From a virus (Duplodnaviria > Caudoviricetes): a DNA stretch of 64,000 nt. The stretch lies in the IMG/VR virus record IMGVR_UViG_3300042503_000724, positions 543 to 64,542 of that record; one strand, written 5' to 3'. Position numbers and translations under genes: made by a program. This document shows, in pieces, positions 8,265-16,058 of the stretch (positions are counted from its first letter, which is position 1; each line of letters opens with the position of its first letter). The notes beneath the pieces were generated by a model, which was given only the letters and a program-made list of their open reading frames with translations, was not told where the DNA came from and made no database searches.

Positions 8265-9016
8265 TATTTTTTATCCTTTTCAAGTTCCTGTTTTATAAAA
8301 TCAAATCTTATTTTTGCTAACTCTGTTTGATCTTCTGAAACATCTATGCTTATGGCTTTTCTATTTAAAAGGTAGGCTTCACAAGCAGTTGTTCCGCTAC
8401 CGCCAAATGGATCTAAGACAATATCTTTTGGCTTAGAAAACATTTCAATAAGTTTTTTTGGAATTTCTGATCTAAAAGAATTTTCAACAAAACCAAGGGG
8501 TTCTAATTTTTTTGTAATTTTATTAGAATTATCTTTTGCTGGGATGTTCCAAATGGCTTCAGAATACTTTCTTACAGAGTATGGGTTGCTATACATAAGT
8601 CCTGGGCTTTTTATAAAATGATATATTAAATGATAATTAAAGTTTACTATACCAAGATTATTTTCTTTTACATTTTCTGACCAATTCCATATAAACGGTG
8701 GATTTGCTAAAAACAAATTCGTTTTTTTTAAAACACTTGAAACGTATTCTGAGTATAACGGCTCTGTATTAGAAATGCAAACAAAAATAGATCCTGTTGG
8801 CTTTAAAACTCGTTCCATTTCTTTTGTTGCAGATAGCAAAGAGCTAATATATTTTTTTGTATTTTTTTCAGAACCTATTTGTTTGGTTGGATCTCCACCG
8901 TAGTAATCAAAATCTAATTGATAAAAGGGGGCTTGAGTAACAATTAGATCTACAGAATTATTTTCTAAATTAATTTTTTTAGAATCTGATGTAATAAAAT
9001 TTACAGTGCTGTTCAT
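8264..9016 (-). CDS. Beta-class N4/N6 DNA methyltransferase-like protein with altered catalytic motif
   Basis: SVDLIVTQAPFY in place of TSPPY/DPPY; RVLKPTGS; intact SAM motif VLDPFGGSGTT. Confidence 0.8.
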   Translation of the reverse strand: MNSTVNFITSDSKKINLENNSVDLIVTQAPFYQLDFDYYGGDPTKQIGSEKNTKKYISSLLSATKEMERVLKPTGSIFVCISNTEPLYSEYVSSVLKKTNLFLANPPFIWNWSENVKENNLGIVNFNYHLIYHFIKSPGLMYSNPYSVRKYSEAIWNIPAKDNSNKITKKLEPLGFVENSFRSEIPKKLIEMFSKPKDIVLDPFGGSGTTACEAYLLNRKAISIDVSEDQTELAKIRFDFIKQELEKDKK

Positions 9017-9675
9017 TATCTAAATTCCTTTTTGGTCCACCAGTTTCTTTTGTATTGACCAAATGGAGGATTAAAAATTTTATAAAAATCTTTTGGTTCA
9101 ACATAGTCTTCATTGTCAATAACTTTACTTTCCCATTTATCTCTTTTAAATGGAATAACCTGAATAATTGGAGTTCCTGCTGGAATTACCCCCTCAAATT
9201 CTTTTTTAATTAAGAATGGAAAATTTACTGTAACTGGGTGTTTGTCTGTATCAACAATTCCAGAAAAAGAATAAAATGGAGAATCTCCCGAATTTAAAGG
9301 ATGAACGAATAGGCAGCTATATCCTTTTGGTGTTTTAATGTTCCAAGGATTTACCCACTTATAGGGCTGTGAATCAAATTCTTCTGGGGCTGGATAGGCT
9401 TCCGTTTGTAAAGGATAGTGCTCTGAAACAAAAGTAATGTCATTTCTTTGACCAAATTTTTTTACCTCCCTTGCTTTGTAAACATCTGAAGGTAAGGTTA
9501 TAATATAACCTGCAGTTAAAGAATCTAATATGGGGACACATTTTTTCATTGTGTGCATTTGTTCTTTTACAACAGAATCTTTTCTCCACCAATTTGGAAC
9601 AGCCTTACTTGCTGGAACTGGATGTGGTATATCAAATTGTGGAAAGACGCTGGTAAATGTAATCTTATTTGTCAT
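9016..9675 (-). CDS. DUF6065-like / dUTPase-fold-like protein
   Basis: TMKKCVPILDSLTAGY; TPKGYS ... SGIVDTD ... GTPIIQVIPFKR. Confidence 0.65.
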   Translation of the reverse strand: MTNKITFTSVFPQFDIPHPVPASKAVPNWWRKDSVVKEQMHTMKKCVPILDSLTAGYIITLPSDVYKAREVKKFGQRNDITFVSEHYPLQTEAYPAPEEFDSQPYKWVNPWNIKTPKGYSCLFVHPLNSGDSPFYSFSGIVDTDKHPVTVNFPFLIKKEFEGVIPAGTPIIQVIPFKRDKWESKVIDNEDYVEPKDFYKIFNPPFGQYKRNWWTKKEFR

Positions 9676-9676
9676 T

Positions 9677-10111
9677 TTATTTATTATCCTTTAAGCTAGT
9701 AATTACTGTTGATCCGCCAGAAATGCAAATTTCGCATTCTCCACAAGCATTTTCTATTAATCCAAAGCAAACTTCTCCTTCTCTAACCATTTTTGATGGG
9801 TTAAAAAATCTTCCATCTATGTATTTCCAACCAACAGCAGGAACATCTCCTGGATCTAAATTTTGACCAATTTCTTCAAAGGAAGGATTTGATAAAAATA
9901 AAGATGCCAAACCAGACTGAGCTCTAATAATTTCTTGAACCTCTTTGTCTAAAACAATAGCAATGGTTACTATTTTTTCTCCAAAAGGTTCTGGTGGAGC
10001 TAAATTATATAGAAGTGACTGCTTATTTTCAAATCTTTTTCTTTTTGAAAACCATGCCTTAATAATATCTAGGGTGCTAAGAATAACTACCCCATCTTTG
10101 TGCTTAGCCAT
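9677..10111 (-). CDS. Hypothetical protein, paralog of 10816..11076, with C-terminal Cys cluster
   Basis: IAIVLDKEV..II ... ASLFLSNPSF ... VGWKY; start moved to MAKHKD. Confidence 0.65.
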   Translation of the reverse strand: MAKHKDGVVILSTLDIIKAWFSKRKRFENKQSLLYNLAPPEPFGEKIVTIAIVLDKEVQEIIRAQSGLASLFLSNPSFEEIGQNLDPGDVPAVGWKYIDGRFFNPSKMVREGEVCFGLIENACGECEICISGGSTVITSLKDNK

Positions 10112-10800
10112 TAACTGTATTCCTTTCTTACCCAAGATCTTTTTTTATAGTATGCTTTTTCACCAGTAATTTTTATATTTTGTTTCGCAACTAGGTCGTA
10201 GTTTTCAGGACTATTTATGGACTTCCAGTGTTTTCTTTTTATTGGAATAATTTGTGCATATGGAGTTCCTTCTGGAATAACTCCATAAAAACCTTCTTTT
10301 AAAAAGAATGGAACGTTTCCATTAACTGAAATTTTATCAGAGTCCATAAAGCCAGACATTGTTGTAAATGGTAAATCAAACCTATTATAAGGATGTGTAA
10401 CAATTGTACTATACCCTCTCGGTGTTTTCCATCCCCATCTATTTGTCCAAACAAAATGACTATCTAGATGACCTGCAGGTCTTGGAATTGTTTTTCCAGA
10501 TTCATATGGTCTTTGGTTTATAAAATCTTGCCATGGACCTGGAGAGTTCCATTCAATGCTTAAAGACCCATCTTCTTTTTTACCAACAAATATATCAAAG
10601 GGTGTTACAAGAAGATATCCAGCAGTTAAAACGTCTAAGAAAGGAATGCATGTTTTTAAGCCAGCACTTGCCTCACTTCCATGTGTAGTAACATAAAATG
10701 TTTCTCCATCTTTGTACCATTGTGGAATCATTTTTTTTGCAGGTACTGGTATGTTTAATGGATAGGTTTTATCCGAACATGTAAATTTTATTAATTTCAT
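10111..10800 (-). CDS. DUF6065-like / dUTPase-fold-like protein (paralog of 9016..9675)
   Basis: LKTCIPFLDVLTAGY; TPRGYS ... SGFMDSD ... GTPYAQIIPIKR. Confidence 0.65.
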   Translation of the reverse strand: MKLIKFTCSDKTYPLNIPVPAKKMIPQWYKDGETFYVTTHGSEASAGLKTCIPFLDVLTAGYLLVTPFDIFVGKKEDGSLSIEWNSPGPWQDFINQRPYESGKTIPRPAGHLDSHFVWTNRWGWKTPRGYSTIVTHPYNRFDLPFTTMSGFMDSDKISVNGNVPFFLKEGFYGVIPEGTPYAQIIPIKRKHWKSINSPENYDLVAKQNIKITGEKAYYKKRSWVRKEYS

Positions 10801-10815
10801 TATTATATAATCTTT

Positions 10816-11076
10816 CTAGTAGTAAAAAGTATCGGTGTCTGGGTCGTAAGTTGGTCTAGAAAAAGTTTTTGTTTCTGGGTTGTACCTCCATCCAACCTTT
10901 GTTTCTCCCTCTTTTACTCTAAGGTAAGTCGGCTGAGACAAATATTGTGCTGCAGACTGACCGTCTACGTTAAGCACTTGATAAACAACATTGTCAATCA
11001 TCATTGCGATATCAAATGGCAACCGTTCTGGTTCTGGAAATGGTCTAACCACTTTAGGTAGTTCTTTTTCTGACAT
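10816..11076 (-). CDS. Hypothetical protein (possible fibre-tip chaperone)
   Basis: IAMMIDNVV..VL ... AAQYLSQPTY ... VGWRY; directly downstream of the Cys-rich tip gene. Confidence 0.65.
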   Translation of the reverse strand: MSEKELPKVVRPFPEPERLPFDIAMMIDNVVYQVLNVDGQSAAQYLSQPTYLRVKEGETKVGWRYNPETKTFSRPTYDPDTDTFYY

Positions 11077-11087
11077 AATTTTATCCT

Positions 11088-12425
11088 TTAAATCTTTTCA
11101 ATTGTAATTTCATCTATTTCATATCCTTGACTTGTTGGGGACGGTTCTACAATTATACCATATGTAGAGGTTAGAGCAACACCACTTGGGGTGTATACCA
11201 AGTCACTTCCAATTTTTGAAGTAAGATCTGCATTTGCATATGGCTCAATTGTTATTTCAGAACCACTTGTAGTTATTCTCATGGAGTTAACTATTGATGT
11301 TCCAAGGCTAGATACCACCCACTTGGTTAGCTCTGTAACAGTTCCTGCAACAGACTTTATGACTCTGATATATGATGGAAAACAGGTTTGACAGTTGCAA
11401 CTAATATTGTTAAAGGACTCACAGCTCCAAGCAGTACAGGTATATGCTGCACAGTTGTAGCTTCCAGAACAAAAGCCTCCAGTACAAGCACTCCATACAC
11501 CAGTTGGTGTAGCTGGATTATTTCCAGTAAAAACGTTATATGGTGTGTTTCCAGTAAATGCATTGACGTTGCCTGGATTAAATATTTGATTGTTTCCGCC
11601 TCGTGTGTTGTAAGATGCAATACTTGAGGCTCTACAAAATCTATTTCCTGTTCTATCACAGGCACTCCATCCAGAGCAAGGACGCACAAAGTTTTGTGTG
11701 TTCCAGGATATACAGTTTCTTGGAACGGGGTTTCTTCTCCATGCCCTACAGTTGTTTCCTGGCAGAGCAACAGGAGGATCTGGAATTGTACAGTTTTGTG
11801 GATTACAATTTCCAGTATTCCAAGCATTACAGTTATAGTTATTTGCATTTCCTCCAGTATTAAATGAATTATATACTCCAGTTGGTGAAGGTGCGTTTGT
11901 GTTGCCTCCACCAGTTGCTGCATTGTATCCTCCAAAAGCAAAGTTTGGATTTCCTGGGGTAGCACTTGTATATTGAGCTGTATTACATGGTCCATTAATA
12001 CAGTTTCCAGGGGTACTACAAAATCCAGTAGTGCAAGGAGTATTTACGGGCAGTGTGGCACATTCTGTACAAGTATCACATTGACAATTTTCTCCATTAT
12101 CAATTCCTGTTGTAACAGCCCACCAATCACCAGTGTCTGAAATCCAAAGGGCTGCACCTGATCCAGGGGTAGTCCCCTTTAACGTAATAACTACATCTTG
12201 ATCAAGTGGAGAATCTGGCATTGTAATAGAAGCAATTGGATATGTGCTAACAGAAGAAGTTGTTTTAGCTTTATTTCCAAAAATAGTAAATACTCCACGA
12301 AGAGCTGTCCATTTACTACCATCTGTTGCCTCTCCAAGTTCTCCTGCATCAGATCTATTAAAATTATCTACGAATACATTACGGACTGCTGATGCAATTG
12401 TTGATAAATTTTTAAACAGGAACAT
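11088..12425 (-). CDS. Putative fibre tip protein: beta-sandwich with a 24-Cys, Asn/Gly-rich mirror-symmetric insert
   Basis: Flanks DNFNRSD..LG...G..W and a beta-rich C-terminus; insert spans aa 114-348; last gene of fibre module 2. Confidence 0.7.
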   Translation of the reverse strand: MFLFKNLSTIASAVRNVFVDNFNRSDAGELGEATDGSKWTALRGVFTIFGNKAKTTSSVSTYPIASITMPDSPLDQDVVITLKGTTPGSGAALWISDTGDWWAVTTGIDNGENCQCDTCTECATLPVNTPCTTGFCSTPGNCINGPCNTAQYTSATPGNPNFAFGGYNAATGGGNTNAPSPTGVYNSFNTGGNANNYNCNAWNTGNCNPQNCTIPDPPVALPGNNCRAWRRNPVPRNCISWNTQNFVRPCSGWSACDRTGNRFCRASSIASYNTRGGNNQIFNPGNVNAFTGNTPYNVFTGNNPATPTGVWSACTGGFCSGSYNCAAYTCTAWSCESFNNISCNCQTCFPSYIRVIKSVAGTVTELTKWVVSSLGTSIVNSMRITTSGSEITIEPYANADLTSKIGSDLVYTPSGVALTSTYGIIVEPSPTSQGYEIDEITIEKI

Positions 12426-12428
12426 AGT

Positions 12429-13106
12429 TTATACCGTCAAATCTCCAATTAAAGCCCAGGTATTAGTAGCTCTTTTAACTAAACTTGCAGCAGACCATTG
12501 TGCTCTTAGTTTGGCTCCAGGAGTAGCGTTTACAGTCACACCTGCTGCTCCAGAGATAGTTGTCTGACCAGCACCTGTTTGAAGCACTGAAATCTGAGTG
12601 CCTATTGGAAAGGCGTGGGACGAATTTAAGGGGATTTCAAGAGTGTTGCCTACTCCAGTAGTAGTATTCATCTCAATCATCTTACCGTCATCTGCCAAAA
12701 CTAACGTATATTTGTAGGAATTGCCAGAATTTAAAGTTGGAGTATTTGTATCAATATGTGAGACAACATTTCCAGCAGAATATACTGTTCCAGTAAAAGA
12801 TGGAGCATTTAAAAGTGCATAGTTGCTTAGTGTAATTGTTGCCCATGAAGCAGTAGTTCCATCAGTTGTTAGATATTTTCCTGAATTTGAAGACTGTGAT
12901 GGTAAAGCATCTAGGGTAGCCCACTCAATTGTAGTTCCAGCAGAATTAACTTTAAGTACTTGGTTTGGTTGTCCAAGCAATCCGTCAACAAGAGTTTCAC
13001 CAAAAACATTAACGTCATCTAGTACAGTTACATCATTATTAGCCAGTAAAGAATCTACTGTTAATGGCTCAGTAGAGTAAAGGTGGTTTAGTTTATTAAG
13101 TCCCAC
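12429..13106 (-). CDS. Short fibre connector protein
   Basis: NSGKYLTTDGTTASW; C-terminal YTLVLADDGK...FPIGTQI...QTGAGQ...WALIGDL domain typical of phage fibres. Confidence 0.75.
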   Translation of the reverse strand: MGLNKLNHLYSTEPLTVDSLLANNDVTVLDDVNVFGETLVDGLLGQPNQVLKVNSAGTTIEWATLDALPSQSSNSGKYLTTDGTTASWATITLSNYALLNAPSFTGTVYSAGNVVSHIDTNTPTLNSGNSYKYTLVLADDGKMIEMNTTTGVGNTLEIPLNSSHAFPIGTQISVLQTGAGQTTISGAAGVTVNATPGAKLRAQWSAASLVKRATNTWALIGDLTV

Positions 13107-13118
13107 GTTTTCCTCCTA

Positions 13119-16055
13119 CTATGCTTGGGCTTCGGTCCAAGAAAGCCTTCCGTTAACTGTAGCAGTTGTTACACCAGAACCAGAAAGGTTTCTAATTGCT
13201 ATTGTTACAATGTCTGGTCCATCTGGGAAAACGTTAAGTTCTGTAGTAGATGCGGTATTTGTTGTACCACCACCAAGAATTGAGTTTCCTAAATCTCTAA
13301 CCAAACCAAGATCTTGCTGAACAACACTTGCTTCACCAGACTGAGTAGATACAAAGAAGGAGAAGATTGGTTCTCCACCAACTAGGGTTGTATTTACTGC
13401 GTGATAACAAACTTGAGACAAACTTGATCCACCAACATTTTCCCAAGTGTTTCCAGTTGCAGTATTAAATCTTGGATTCAAAATAAGTTCTACTAGGAAT
13501 GCTCCTGGGTTTCCAGCAGTTCCTGCAACTAAGCTTAAAACGTCCATTTGTCTTAGTCGTAGCTGCATTCTGTTAATAAGCTCTCTTTCTCCAAAAACTC
13601 CAACAACTCCGTTGTCTACAGATGGAGCAAGTCTTAGGCTAAGAAGAGCAGATCTTGTTGATGAGCTTCTTGGAACAACAACACCAGACTTCATACCTGC
13701 TTGGAATACGAATGACTTATCATCATCGTATCCACCATCCATAATTACAGATGATCCCCAGTGACTTGTTCCAGTAGCATACTGTCTAGAGTATAGATCT
13801 ACTCTTACAGGTGCTGTTGCAGAATATGTAAACGATTGTGCCGTTCCATTTCCACCACCAGTGGCACCAGAAACTGGGTTAATGACTACGTTGCTTAGGG
13901 CTCTTGTTAGACCTGTAAAGGTTGTAGCAGTTTTTCCTGTGTAAGAAACATACTCAATTTCTTGTGCAGTATTTCCAGCCTTTGTAATTGCAAGAGTTCC
14001 AGCTGATGGGAATCCTACAGTACTTGCAACTGACATACTAGTAGCAACATTTGAAAGCGTTGCTGAAAGTTTTGTAACTGGTGCATCTGCTGCTGCCTCA
14101 TAGCGAGAAGGAAGGTTTCCAGAACGCATATAGGCTTCTGTCTTAACATTTGCGTGTGTCATTCTATGGCAATAAACAACCTCTCCACGCTCATCCTTAA
14201 ATCCAAATCTAATTGCACCTGCACCATACCAAGCATAGTCAAGGTAGAACATCTGCATCTTAGCTAAATCAACTGTCACACCTGATGGACCAGTTCCATC
14301 TAACTTATCAATGTTCCAATCAGACTGTGCAACCTTGGTGTCAACAATCTTGCTTACGATTCCACCAGAGGCAATGGTCTGACCACGGTATTCTGGGAAC
14401 ACATAAAGCTCAGTATTACTTGTAATAGACTGAACTTGATAGGTTGCACCTCTAATAGAGATTCTATCTCCTGGGTTTAACTGTTCAGAGAATCTGGTAT
14501 CAGTTCCTGTAATAGTTGGAGACCCTTGTGTTGCTGCAACTATACCAGAAATTTGATCTGTACTAGAACGTCTTACTGCATATAAAGTTTGTCCATCAAA
14601 TTCAAAGAAGAATCCGTTTTGTTCATCAAACATACCGATTCTAGTCTGACCACCGAACCACGATACTGGTGCGACTGTAATTGGGAATCCAGTTGCTGGA
14701 GTTGCAGATGGAACTGAGGATGCTGTGTACTGGAATTCTTTAGGTCCAGTAATTGCTGTAACTGTAAAGGTTCCATTGTATGCTGTTTGATCTGCACCAC
14801 TTACTGTAACCTGTGCACCAATTCCAAGGAAATGTTCGTATCTAGTTTTTACCGTAACGGTTGTGCTAGATGAAGAAATTAAATCAACTGCGAATACTGG
14901 CTTCATCATAGATCCAGTTGAGAACTGAATGCCCTTACCTGACTGGTATCTAAAATATCTTCTTGTCTGTCTTATAATTTTTGATCCAGGAGCAGAAGAA
15001 CCAGTTGTAAACTTCACTCCACCATCAAATGGTCTGTGTACAGATAGTGTTCCTGGTCTACCAGTTAAGGACTTCGCAACAGCAGTGATTGCACCAGATG
15101 GGGCATCAATTACATCGAAAGTGAACGTATTTGTTGTTGGAGTTGTCTTTACTTCCCAAGCACCATTTGGTGGGTTAGAAGAAGCTGCTGTGGTACCAGA
15201 AACATAAATCAAATCTCCGATGCTAAGACCATGAGCATTTGTAGTTGTTGCTGTTACTGTTGTGCTAGAAGCTGTAAATGCAGCACCAGATGAGGTGCTA
15301 AGTGGGATCTCTGATCCTGTGTAATTGTAAGCCTTGTATGCAAATGTCTTTGTTGCATCACGAACGCTTCCGTTAGTAACATTTGCTCTTGCATAGTAGG
15401 TAAAAGTATCATTAGAAACTGTTGTTGTGGAAACGCTTCTTACTAGATACCAACCGTCTGCATTAACATCCAAGGTATCCTGAATGAAGAACTTATCTCC
15501 AACAGAAAGACCGTGGGCTGCAGTAGTTACTACTGTTACAAGTCTAGAAGATCCAGTTCCTGTAATTGAAACAAAAGTGTTTGTTCCTCCAGAAGGCTGT
15601 GCAATTGGTGTTTGAATATCATAAAAGGCTGAAGGCTTGTTGTTTGTAAGACTTAATACTTCCCATTTAGTAGGCTGAGTTCCGTATTCAAAATCGGTAT
15701 CAATTAAAGAAGTAGGTTCGGAAACTCTAAACTTTCCAACAGGATCCATGTATGCTTCATCTGGTTGGAAGCTTTCAGCATACTCATCAACTGTGATTTG
15801 AAGTTTATCTGTAGCAGACATTGCTGCTGTGTTGTAATTAAGAACAACAGTTGTTGTGGCTACGTTGTTTGAGTCAATGGCTGGGGTATAGCTTGTTGCT
15901 TTAAGACTAGGGTCAGAGAAGTTGTAGATGACTTGGTTAGTAGTTACGTTTGTAATTAAAACCAGTCTCTCCCTTGGAATGTGATCTGGGATTACAATCG
16001 TTCGTGTTGACGGAGTGAATGTATAATTCGTCTCGTGAAGTACTTTTCTAGCCAT
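13119..16055 (-). CDS. Large virion structural/fibre hub protein (paralog of 45727..49365)
   Basis: LITNVTTNQVIYNFSDP, SLIDTDFEYGTQPTKWE, RYQSGKG, YMRSGNLP, FPDGPD, WTEAQA; several T..HGL..G repeats. Confidence 0.8.
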   Translation of the reverse strand: MARKVLHETNYTFTPSTRTIVIPDHIPRERLVLITNVTTNQVIYNFSDPSLKATSYTPAIDSNNVATTTVVLNYNTAAMSATDKLQITVDEYAESFQPDEAYMDPVGKFRVSEPTSLIDTDFEYGTQPTKWEVLSLTNNKPSAFYDIQTPIAQPSGGTNTFVSITGTGSSRLVTVVTTAAHGLSVGDKFFIQDTLDVNADGWYLVRSVSTTTVSNDTFTYYARANVTNGSVRDATKTFAYKAYNYTGSEIPLSTSSGAAFTASSTTVTATTTNAHGLSIGDLIYVSGTTAASSNPPNGAWEVKTTPTTNTFTFDVIDAPSGAITAVAKSLTGRPGTLSVHRPFDGGVKFTTGSSAPGSKIIRQTRRYFRYQSGKGIQFSTGSMMKPVFAVDLISSSSTTVTVKTRYEHFLGIGAQVTVSGADQTAYNGTFTVTAITGPKEFQYTASSVPSATPATGFPITVAPVSWFGGQTRIGMFDEQNGFFFEFDGQTLYAVRRSSTDQISGIVAATQGSPTITGTDTRFSEQLNPGDRISIRGATYQVQSITSNTELYVFPEYRGQTIASGGIVSKIVDTKVAQSDWNIDKLDGTGPSGVTVDLAKMQMFYLDYAWYGAGAIRFGFKDERGEVVYCHRMTHANVKTEAYMRSGNLPSRYEAAADAPVTKLSATLSNVATSMSVASTVGFPSAGTLAITKAGNTAQEIEYVSYTGKTATTFTGLTRALSNVVINPVSGATGGGNGTAQSFTYSATAPVRVDLYSRQYATGTSHWGSSVIMDGGYDDDKSFVFQAGMKSGVVVPRSSSTRSALLSLRLAPSVDNGVVGVFGERELINRMQLRLRQMDVLSLVAGTAGNPGAFLVELILNPRFNTATGNTWENVGGSSLSQVCYHAVNTTLVGGEPIFSFFVSTQSGEASVVQQDLGLVRDLGNSILGGGTTNTASTTELNVFPDGPDIVTIAIRNLSGSGVTTATVNGRLSWTEAQA

Positions 16056-16058
16056 TGT

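Noticed and set aside
8690-8710. NPPF in the MTase as a relocated catalytic motif
   Set aside because: It falls at the position of the 'IIW' strand of beta-class MTases, not motif IV; probably coincidental, though not structurally excluded.
11357-11995. 212-aa alternate-frame ORF inside the Cys-rich gene
   Set aside because: Leu/Ile/Gln-rich shadow of the main frame's codon bias; the same pattern appears in other fibre genes (14573, 17009, 50375); no RBS.
11382-12086. Asn(AAY)-rich insert as a DGR template or variable region
   Set aside because: No reverse transcriptase and no second near-identical copy differing at adenines seen in the window.
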